Origin: Nitrososphaera viennensis EN76
GTDB lineage: Archaea; Thermoproteota; Nitrososphaeria; Nitrososphaerales; Nitrososphaeraceae
NCBI RefSeq assembly: GCF_000698785.1
Contig: NZ_CP007536.1
Location: 1,950,001 to 1,982,000, forward strand
Length of the DNA stretch: 32,000 bases
Direction: 5' to 3'
Shown here piece after piece: positions 25,231 through 32,000 of the stretch (position 1 is its first letter; every line of letters starts with the position of its first letter). The position numbers were made by a program, and so were the translations under genes. The notes below the pieces were generated by a model that ran no database searches, was not told the origin of the DNA, and saw nothing but the letters and a program-made list of their open reading frames with translations.

Positions 25231-27399
25231 GTGAGCCAGAATACTCTATCCTTAAAGGTTCTTGAAGCGTATACCCGGGACGTAGGCAGGGGCGTAGCCA
25301 GGATCGACTACGACTCGATGGACTCTCTCGGTGCATCAACTGGCGACGTTATTGAGATAAGGGGCAAGCGCAGGACGGTTGCCAAATGCTTACCGCTTTA
25401 CCCGTCTGACGAAGGCAAGGGCATAATCCGCGTCGACGGACTTGTGAGAAACAACGCCGGCATTGCCATTGGCGACACCGTGACTGTGAAAAAGATAAAG
25501 GCAGTCCCTGCAGAGAAGGTCATCGTTGCTCCATTGGAGGCAATCCCGCCAATAGACGAGCGCTACCTTGCAGACGCGCTTGAGAGCGTGCCTCTCATCA
25601 AGGGCGACAACGTGATGGTGCCGTACTTTGGAGGCAGGCTGACCTTCCAGGTTATCGGAGTCACGCCGGCCGCCGACGCAGTGCTTGTAACTCAAAAGAC
25701 GATATTCCACATTGCCGAGAAGGGCGAGACCATGAGGGGCGTCCCGCAGGTCACGTACGAGGACATCGGCGGCCTGAAGGAGGAGATCCAGAAGGTCCGC
25801 GAGATGATAGAGCTCCCGCTCAGGCACCCCGAGATCTTTGAAAAGCTGGGAATCGAGGCGCCAAAAGGCGTACTGCTGTACGGCCCGCCAGGAACAGGCA
25901 AGACGCTGCTTGCAAAGGCGGTGGCAAACGAGAGCAACGCGCATTTCATCTCCATCTCGGGCCCGGAGATCATGAGCAAGTTCTACGGCGAGTCCGAGGC
26001 GAGGCTGCGCGAGATATTCAAGGAGGCAAAGGAAAAGGCGCCGTCAATCATATTCATCGACGAAATAGACTCTATTGCCCCAAAGAGGGAGGAAGTCACG
26101 GGCGAGGTCGAAAGGCGTGTCGTGTCTCAGCTCTTGTCATTGATGGACGGCCTTGAGGCAAGGGGCAAGGTCATTGTCATTGCCGCGACGAACAGGCCAA
26201 ACGCAATCGACCCTGCGCTCAGGAGGCCCGGCAGGTTCGACAGGGAAATAGAGATCAAGGTGCCAGACAAGCGCGGAAGGCTCGAGATACTCCAGATACA
26301 CACCCGCAACATGCCGCTTGAAACCGACGTGGACCAGGACAAGATCGCCGGCATCACGCACGGCTTTGTCGGCGCAGACCTGGAATACCTCTGCAAGGAG
26401 GCCGCAATGAAGTGCCTCCGCAGGCTGCTTCCAGAGCTGAACCTTGAGGACGAAAAGCTGTCGCCGGACGTGCTCAACAAGCTCATCGTGACCATGTCAG
26501 ACTTTGAGAACGCCGTCAAGGAGGTAATGCCATCTGCCATGAGAGAAGTCTACCTGGAATCGCCTGACATCCCGTGGACCGCAATCGGCGGCCTCGACGA
26601 GGTCAAGCGCGAGCTCCAGGAGGCTGTGGAATGGCCGCTGCGCTACCCCGACCTGTACACAAAGCTTGGGCACACCATGCCAAAGGGCATACTGATGCAC
26701 GGGCCCTCCGGCACGGGCAAGACCATGCTTGCAAAAGCGGTGGCGACGGAATCCGAGGCCAACTTTATCAGCGTCCGCGGTCCGGAGCTCTTGAGCAAGT
26801 GGGTCGGCGAGTCAGAGCGCGGCATCCGCGAGATATTTCGGCGCGCAAGGCAGGCTGCGCCGTGCGTCGTGTTCTTTGACGAGATCGACTCTATCGCCCC
26901 GACGAGGGGAATGGGAGGCGACAGCATGGTCACAGAGCGCGTAGTATCACAGTTGCTGACAGAGCTTGACGGCATCCAGGCGCTTTCCGGCGTAGTCGTG
27001 ATAGCGGCGACAAACAGGGCCGACATCATCGATCCTGCGCTGTTGCGCCCCGGAAGGTTCGACAAGATAGTGTTCGTCCCGATGCCCGACAAGCCGACAA
27101 GGCTCAAGATACTGGAAATCCACGCCAAGAAAAAGCCAATAGGCCCGGACGTCGACCTTGGCAAGGTTGCCGAGCTGACGGACGGCTTTAGCGGAGCAGA
27201 CACGAGCTCGGTGGTCAACACCGCGGTGTCGCTCGTGCTGCACGAGTACCTGGCAAAATACCCGACGCCGGAAGAGGCTGCCAAGCACGCCGCAGAAGCG
27301 CACGTGATGATGCGCCACTTTGAAGACGCCATCAAGAAAATAAAGACGCAGCGCGAAGGCAAGCCGGGCGAAAAGGTCACGGTGCCGTACTACCGCTAG
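25231..27399 (+). CDS. cdc48: CDC48/VCP-type AAA+ ATPase (N domain plus D1 and D2)
   Basis: The double-psi-barrel N domain reads [19 protein letters not shown]...GDVIEIRG. There are two Walker A motifs ([16 protein letters not shown]), two Walker B motifs ([16 protein letters not shown]), and SRH regions with RPGRFD twice. Confidence 0.95.
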   Translation: MSQNTLSLKVLEAYTRDVGRGVARIDYDSMDSLGASTGDVIEIRGKRRTVAKCLPLYPSDEGKGIIRVDGLVRNNAGIAIGDTVTVKKIKAVPAEKVIVAPLEAIPPIDERYLADALESVPLIKGDNVMVPYFGGRLTFQVIGVTPAADAVLVTQKTIFHIAEKGETMRGVPQVTYEDIGGLKEEIQKVREMIELPLRHPEIFEKLGIEAPKGVLLYGPPGTGKTLLAKAVANESNAHFISISGPEIMSKFYGESEARLREIFKEAKEKAPSIIFIDEIDSIAPKREEVTGEVERRVVSQLLSLMDGLEARGKVIVIAATNRPNAIDPALRRPGRFDREIEIKVPDKRGRLEILQIHTRNMPLETDVDQDKIAGITHGFVGADLEYLCKEAAMKCLRRLLPELNLEDEKLSPDVLNKLIVTMSDFENAVKEVMPSAMREVYLESPDIPWTAIGGLDEVKRELQEAVEWPLRYPDLYTKLGHTMPKGILMHGPSGTGKTMLAKAVATESEANFISVRGPELLSKWVGESERGIREIFRRARQAAPCVVFFDEIDSIAPTRGMGGDSMVTERVVSQLLTELDGIQALSGVVVIAATNRADIIDPALLRPGRFDKIVFVPMPDKPTRLKILEIHAKKKPIGPDVDLGKVAELTDGFSGADTSSVVNTAVSLVLHEYLAKYPTPEEAAKHAAEAHVMMRHFEDAIKKIKTQREGKPGEKVTVPYYR

Positions 27400-27419
27400 T
27401 CAGTGCGGCGCGCCCAAGC

Positions 27420-27464
27420 TTTTTCCTTTTTTCCTTCCTTTTCCATTTTCATTTTTGTTTTTTC
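27420..27464 (+). terminator. oligo-T tracts downstream of cdc48 (archaeal-type terminator region)
   Basis: TTTTTCCTTTTTTCCTTCCTTTTCCATTTTCATTTTTGTTTTTTC starts 21 nt after the stop codon. Confidence 0.5.
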
Positions 27465-27467
27465 AAA

Positions 27468-27556
27468 AAATATTTTTTCCGTCGCTCGAAAAAAATTTCT
27501 GCAGCGCGGATCGCACACGCTTGCCGCGCAAATTTTTTCTCCAAATATTTTTTCCG
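27468..27556. repeat. 14-bp perfect direct repeat AAATATTTTTTCCG (27468-27481 and 27543-27556) flanking a GC-clamped imperfect palindrome
   Basis: Both copies were read directly. A third partial copy, GGATTTTTCCGG, is at about 27568-27580. GCGCGG...CCGCGC with A/T-run flanks lies at about 27488-27535. Confidence 0.6.
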
Positions 27557-27642
27557 GCGCGCCGGCGCGGATTTTTCCGGCAAATTTCGGGGCAATGTTT
27601 TTAAAGTAATGGTTTATTGAATAATGACAGAATCAACAAGAA

Positions 27643-28992
27643 TTGGCAGAAAATACCCAAGTCCAACTTGTACCAAAGCAAGCCTCTGCACCGCTGAACC
27701 GTTTTGCAACGCCCCTAGACGTGAAGAACCTTGTAGCACAATACGGCACCCCGCTCTACCTGGTAGACGAGGACACGCTGCACGCAAAAGCCCGCGAGCT
27801 CCAGAGAGCATACTCCAAGTTCAAGGGCCCCGTAAAGGTGGCGTACTCCATCAAGGCCAACTTTTCCCCGGCCATAGTGCGCGCCTTCATGAAGGACGGG
27901 CTCACGTTCGACCTCACGTCGCTTGGCGAGCTCCACTTTATCAGGCAGTGCAAGGCAGACCCCGAGAACGTCATCTACACCAGCGTGACAGAAGAGCCGG
28001 AAGAGTATGTCGAGGTGCTGAGGAGCGGCGTGCGCAGAATAGTAGTCAGCTCTCACAAGGGCATGATGAACCTCGCGCTTGCGGCAGGCAAGGTGGGCGT
28101 GCGCCCGCTGACCATGATCAGGGTCAACCCTGAAGTCGCAACCGATGCCAAGGTCCGCGCCTCGTATAAGAACGGCAAGTTCGGCGTCCCGTTCAACGGC
28201 GGCACCATCGACAGCGCGACAAAGATGGTCAAGTACCTGATGGGAAGCGACCTCTTGAAGTTCGAGGGCTTCCACTTCCACCTGGGATCGCAGATCACCG
28301 ACTTCTCCTGCTACACCCACGCGCTGGACAAGATGGACGCATTCATGACCAAGATGAAAAAAGAGTACCCGAACTTCCAGGTAAACACCTTTGACATCGG
28401 CGGAGGGACGCCCGTGTTCTACAACGACCCGGTGCCGACGCCGGCAGAGATGGCCCAGAACCACCTCGTCAGGCTCAACCAGCTTGCAGAAACGCACGGC
28501 GTATTCACGCTGATGATAGAGTCGGGGCGCTTCCTTGTGGCAGAGTCGTCAATTCTGGTATCAAGGATAGTGAACACCAAGGAGTACAACGAGCACAAGA
28601 TAGTGATCGTCGACGCAGGCTACCACATCCTGCTTGACGCCGCGCTGCTAAAGCAGGAATACCCGCAGGAAGTGATTCCCGTGGTGGACAGCCAGGACAG
28701 GACCACGGGCCTTGCAACACCTGCTGCCAAGAACACGCACCTTGCGGGAAGGCTGTGCGACACGTACGACGTCTTCCCGCTCTCAAAGGCATCCGACATG
28801 TCGGGCGCAGACGTGGGCAACTATGTCTCGTTCTACAACGTCGGAGCCTACTCGGTCGTGTTCAACATGCCGTTCCACTGCCAGACCAAGCCTCCGGTAG
28901 TGATGAAGGACAGCGACGGCAAGTACAGGCTGGTCAGGAAGGGCACGACGTACGAGCAGCTCTTTGTCGAGGAAGGCGGCGACATAGCCTAG
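27643..28992 (+). CDS. PLP-dependent Orn/DAP/Arg decarboxylase family protein (alanine-racemase fold), probably diaminopimelate decarboxylase-like
   Basis: The PLP-lysine context is YSIKANFSP. GFHFHLGSQ, FDIGGGTP, GRLCDTYD and YNVGAYS are also present. It uses a TTG start. Substrate cannot be assigned from motifs alone. Confidence 0.8.
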   Translation: MAENTQVQLVPKQASAPLNRFATPLDVKNLVAQYGTPLYLVDEDTLHAKARELQRAYSKFKGPVKVAYSIKANFSPAIVRAFMKDGLTFDLTSLGELHFIRQCKADPENVIYTSVTEEPEEYVEVLRSGVRRIVVSSHKGMMNLALAAGKVGVRPLTMIRVNPEVATDAKVRASYKNGKFGVPFNGGTIDSATKMVKYLMGSDLLKFEGFHFHLGSQITDFSCYTHALDKMDAFMTKMKKEYPNFQVNTFDIGGGTPVFYNDPVPTPAEMAQNHLVRLNQLAETHGVFTLMIESGRFLVAESSILVSRIVNTKEYNEHKIVIVDAGYHILLDAALLKQEYPQEVIPVVDSQDRTTGLATPAAKNTHLAGRLCDTYDVFPLSKASDMSGADVGNYVSFYNVGAYSVVFNMPFHCQTKPPVVMKDSDGKYRLVRKGTTYEQLFVEEGGDIA

Positions 28993-29050
28993 CTCCTCGG
29001 CGGCAGAGAGCACAACCATCATATTTTAGATACTTTTTGTTTCTTTCATA

Positions 29051-29326
29051 TTGAAAAAAACGCGGGCTCATGTTTTTGTGACCGGCAAGGTCCAGGGCGT
29101 CTATTTCCGGCAGAACACGCAGATGACCGCAAGGGAGCACGGCGCCACAGGCTGGGTGCGCAACCTGCCTGACGGCCGGGTGGAGGCTGTCATAGAAGGC
29201 GACGACGCGACCGTGAGAAAGGTAGTCGACTGGTGCCGCCACGGGCCGCCAGCGGCAAGGGTCGACAGCATCGACGTAAAACACGAAACCTACACCGGCG
29301 AGTTTGCCGGCTTTGAGATAATCTGA
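29051..29326 (+). CDS. acyP: acylphosphatase
   Basis: VFVTGKVQGVYFRQ and GWVRNLPDGRVE signatures in a 91-aa protein. It uses a TTG start with ATATTTTAG 22-30 nt upstream. Confidence 0.9.
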   Translation: MKKTRAHVFVTGKVQGVYFRQNTQMTAREHGATGWVRNLPDGRVEAVIEGDDATVRKVVDWCRHGPPAARVDSIDVKHETYTGEFAGFEII

Positions 29327-29333
29327 TGACAGG

Positions 29334-29693
29334 CTAGCGGATCTTTTCGTACGCCTCTGCTATCGCCTTTTTCGCACGCTCGGCATCTTCCTGCGTCTTG
29401 ACGATGATCCGTGCAGGCGGCGTCTGGCGGCCTCCTGCCCTGATCTCGATTACGAGATGATCGATAGCCGGCTCGACATCAAGAAAAGTGCGAAACGTCA
29501 GCGTCTTTGCGTACACCACCCTGTGCGGCCTCGCCTCTTCTATCATGCTTGGACCAAGCGACAGGGCAAACTTGCGCAGGTCGGCCATGATGCTTTTTGC
29601 CGGCTCTTGCAGGCCCGCAAGGTGCGCCTCAAACGGGCGCCCGCCGCTGGAAGACGAGGAAGAAGGCAGGAATCCAAAATTATTATCCTTCAT
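29334..29693 (-). CDS. hypothetical protein (119 aa) translationally coupled to hisF
   Basis: Its ATG overlaps the hisF TGA (ATGA at 29690-29693). It has a Ser-rich N-terminus and then an alpha/beta-type sequence, [37 protein letters not shown]... Confidence 0.6.
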   Translation of the reverse strand: MKDNNFGFLPSSSSSSGGRPFEAHLAGLQEPAKSIMADLRKFALSLGPSMIEEARPHRVVYAKTLTFRTFLDVEPAIDHLVIEIRAGGRQTPPARIIVKTQEDAERAKKAIAEAYEKIR

Positions 29694-30505
29694 ATCCTTG
29701 TCCTGACCCCGCTCCTCTTCAGGTATTTCTTGACCTTGTCGACCGTGGTCTTTTCATAGTGGAATATGGACGCCGCAAGAGCCGCGTCGACGTCGGCCTT
29801 TTCAAACACGTCGCGCATGTGGCGCGGGCTCCCGCAGCCGCCGGACGCAATGACCGGTATTGTGGATGCCTTGCATATCGCTTTTGTCAGCTCGACGTCA
29901 TAGCCGTTTTCCGTGCCGTCGGCGTCGATGCTCGTCAAGAGGATCTCGCCGGCGCCTTTCTTCTCGACCTCGCGCGCCCACGCTATTGCGTCAAGGCCCG
30001 TCCCCTCCTTGCCGCCGTATATCATCACCTCAAACCAGTACCGGCCTTTCTTCTTGTCTCGAAATGTATGCTTCCCTTTGCACTCAACGCCTTCGCAGTA
30101 CCGGCGCTTGGCGTCTATCGCAACTACCACGCACTGCTTGCCGAAAATCTCCATCAATTGCGTTATCAGCCCCGGGCTCTTTACCGCCGCGGTGTTTATC
30201 GACACCTTGTCGGCCCCCGAAAGCAGGATCCCGCGTGCGTCCTCCAGCTTCTTGATGCCTCCTCCGACCGTGAACGGGATGTCGATGACGCTTGCCACCT
30301 TGCGCACCACGTTTTTCATAGTGTCTCTCCCCTGCTGCGACGCCGTGATGTCGAGAAACACAAGCTCGTCTGCTCCCTGCTCGCTGTACTTTTTCGCCAG
30401 CTCGACAGGGTCGCCGGCGTCCTTGACGTCTGCAAAATGCACGCCCTTGACCACGCGGCCGTTGTCCACGTCAAGGCACGGTATTATGCGCTTTGCAAGG
30501 GTCAT
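29690..30505 (-). CDS. hisF: imidazole glycerol phosphate synthase, cyclase subunit
   Basis: [48 protein letters not shown] and ASGGCG are present. The start ATG at 30505 overlaps the hisA stop. An insertion of about 15 aa ([21 protein letters not shown]) is present relative to my recollection of the typical HisF layout. Confidence 0.95.
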   Translation of the reverse strand: MTLAKRIIPCLDVDNGRVVKGVHFADVKDAGDPVELAKKYSEQGADELVFLDITASQQGRDTMKNVVRKVASVIDIPFTVGGGIKKLEDARGILLSGADKVSINTAAVKSPGLITQLMEIFGKQCVVVAIDAKRRYCEGVECKGKHTFRDKKKGRYWFEVMIYGGKEGTGLDAIAWAREVEKKGAGEILLTSIDADGTENGYDVELTKAICKASTIPVIASGGCGSPRHMRDVFEKADVDAALAASIFHYEKTTVDKVKKYLKRSGVRTRI

Positions 30506-31209
30506 GCTATCGCCTTCACCCTCTCTATGGAAACCCTGCCGTCGTACATCGCCTTGCCAAGTATCACTGCGGCGCACCCGACGCTCTTTACCCTTATCGT
30601 GTCCTCGAGGCTGGAGATGCCTCCGCTTGCGATTATCCTTGCCTTATCGCTGAATGCTACCGCGTTTGCAAGCGTCTCGATGTCCGGGCCCTGCAATGTC
30701 CCGTCGCGCTCGATGCTTGTGAGCAAAAAGTCCTCGACGCCCATTGAGACAAACTGCGATATCGCGTCATTGACTTTGACGCCGGCAGACTCGCTCCAGC
30801 CCTTTACCATGATCATTCCGCCGGCCTGGTCTATCGAAACCACGACCCTGCCGGGGTGCTTCTTGGCAAGCTTTCTCACCGCTTCGGGGTCGCTGTAGGC
30901 CATCGTGCCGATGACGACTCGCGCAGCCTTTTCAAGCGCCTCTTTTGCGGCTTCGGGCGTCCTGATGCCCCCTGCGACCTGTACCGGCGTTTTCACGGCC
31001 GACACGACCTTGGCTATCGCCCCTGCGTTATTCCCGGTGCCAAAAGCCGCGTCAAGGTCTACCACATGGAGCATGTCGGCGCCGGCGGCCTCCCATTTTT
31101 TGGCCATCTCTGCCGGGTCGCTTCCGTAGACGACCTTGTTCTGGGCGTCGCCCTTGACGAGCCTCACCACCATTCCGCCCATGATGTCTATAGCCGGGAT
31201 CACCTTCAT
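30502..31209 (-). CDS. hisA: ProFAR isomerase (1-(5-phosphoribosyl)-5-[(5-phosphoribosylamino)methylideneamino]imidazole-4-carboxamide isomerase)
   Basis: [32 protein letters not shown] and IASGGISS are present. Confidence 0.92.
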   Translation of the reverse strand: MKVIPAIDIMGGMVVRLVKGDAQNKVVYGSDPAEMAKKWEAAGADMLHVVDLDAAFGTGNNAGAIAKVVSAVKTPVQVAGGIRTPEAAKEALEKAARVVIGTMAYSDPEAVRKLAKKHPGRVVVSIDQAGGMIMVKGWSESAGVKVNDAISQFVSMGVEDFLLTSIERDGTLQGPDIETLANAVAFSDKARIIASGGISSLEDTIRVKSVGCAAVILGKAMYDGRVSIERVKAIA

Positions 31210-31838
31210 TTCTTGTCAGCCTTGGCTTCTTTGCACATCGAAAGAAAGTTCTTGATCATCCTGGCGCCCACGTCGCCAGATTTCTCGGGGTGGAACTGGA
31301 CGCCCACCAGGTTGCCCTTTTCCACCACCGCCGGGACCGTGGTGCCATAGTCAGACGACGCCGTGACCAGCTTTTTGTCCTTTGGCACCGTCTTGTACGA
31401 GTGGACGAAATACACCCACGAGTCGTTCTCGATGCCCCTGAGGAACCTGCTGTTTTTTGCTGTTATCTTCAAATTGTTCCAGCCCATGTGCGGCACCTTT
31501 ACCTTGCCCTTTGGGAGCATCACCACCTCGCCGTCCAAGATTTTCAATCCTTCCAGCTTGCCCTCCTCGCTCCTGTTAAAGAGCATCTCCATGCCGAGGC
31601 ATATCCCCATCACCGGCATGCCCTTCTCGATGGCAGAATCAAGGCGCTTTGCGTCTTTCTCGATCGATTGTATGGCAGGATCAAAGTTGCCGACGCCGGG
31701 GAGCACCAGGCCGTCGTACCTGTCCAGGTCTTTCATGTCGTAGATGATGTCCACCTTTTTGGCGCCGTTTCTCTCCAGCGCGGATTTCAGGCTGAACAGG
31801 TTTCCCGCGCCGTAATCAAATATAGCTATCTTTGTCAT
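31206..31838 (-). CDS. hisH: imidazole glycerol phosphate synthase, glutamine amidotransferase subunit
   Basis: IAIFDYGAGNLFS, LPGVGNF, the nucleophile context GICLGMEML, and GVQFHPEKSG are present. Confidence 0.92.
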   Translation of the reverse strand: MTKIAIFDYGAGNLFSLKSALERNGAKKVDIIYDMKDLDRYDGLVLPGVGNFDPAIQSIEKDAKRLDSAIEKGMPVMGICLGMEMLFNRSEEGKLEGLKILDGEVVMLPKGKVKVPHMGWNNLKITAKNSRFLRGIENDSWVYFVHSYKTVPKDKKLVTASSDYGTTVPAVVEKGNLVGVQFHPEKSGDVGARMIKNFLSMCKEAKADKK

Positions 31839-31847
31839 TATCGTCTC

Positions 31848-32000
31848 TCACATCGCGCCCTTGGTGCTTGGCACCCCTTTCCTCCTGCCGTCGATGCTTG
31901 CCGCCGCCCTGAGGGCAAGCGCAAACGCCTTGAGCGCGGCCTCGACCTTGTGGTGGTCGTTGTCGCCGTACTCCACCACCATGTGGGTGCACGCGTTGAG
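31848..32000 (-). CDS. hisB: imidazoleglycerol-phosphate dehydratase, 3'-terminal part (5' end outside the window)
   Basis: My own translation of the minus strand is [50 protein letters not shown]. This is the typical IGPD C-terminus (HH..E..FKA...A.....PSTKG). Confidence 0.85.
   Translation of the reverse strand, partial: LNACTHMVVEYGDNDHHKVEAALKAFALALRAAASIDGRRKGVPSTKGAM

Noticed and set aside
30506-30577. N-terminal extension of the hisF ORF
   Set aside because: The HisF family N-terminus ([13 protein letters not shown]) starts at 30505, forming an ATGA overlap with hisA. The extension lies inside hisA.
29597-30898. 433-aa ORF on the plus strand
   Set aside because: It is antisense to orf119, hisF and hisA, whose products have unmistakable motifs. 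Its composition is shadow-ORF-like (R/A/L/P-rich).

Overview
The window looks like an archaeal chromosome segment, most plausibly from an ammonia-oxidising Nitrososphaerota (Thaumarchaeota) type organism. This is inferred from gene content: exosome Csl4, CDC48-type AAA ATPase, DUF115/MptE-type pterin kinase, an amicyanin-like blue copper protein, and TATA-like boxes about 25-35 nt upstream of many start codons. GC-richer housekeeping blocks alternate with visibly AT-richer accessory stretches. The housekeeping blocks are: (1) mptE-like, a small membrane ORF, an unknown 232-aa protein and guaA, all on the minus strand; (2) valS plus an MDR oxidoreductase, a Roadblock-like gene, folP, guaB and a membrane protein; (3) pheA and csl4 (minus) facing cdc48 (plus), then a PLP decarboxylase and acylphosphatase; (4) a minus-strand hisB(partial)-hisH-hisA-hisF-orf119 chain joined by 4-nt overlaps. 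The accessory stretches are 1-9.7 kb, 12.9-16.0 kb and a 0.9-kb islet at 22.7-23.6 kb. They carry secreted or membrane-anchored proteins of unknown function, a COG1237 MBL-fold protein, a variant retropepsin-like protein, a decayed nitroreductase pseudogene, an AbiEi/AbiEii type IV toxin-antitoxin pair and a glutamic-peptidase (G1)-like secreted protein. I found no tRNA, rRNA, CRISPR array or transposase, and no clearly new multi-gene system. The observations most worth follow-up are: (a) a 44-bp direct repeat that duplicates the pheA 3' end and brackets a 0.9-kb low-GC insert holding decayed pheA fragments, which looks like an att scar or miniature integrated element; (b) an AbiEii toxin gene interrupted at an A8 homopolymer; (c) a secreted two-gene operon with a G1-peptidase-like protein; (d) several essential genes that can only start at TTG or GTG on apparently leaderless transcripts. 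All functional calls come from motif recognition by eye, and no database search was run.
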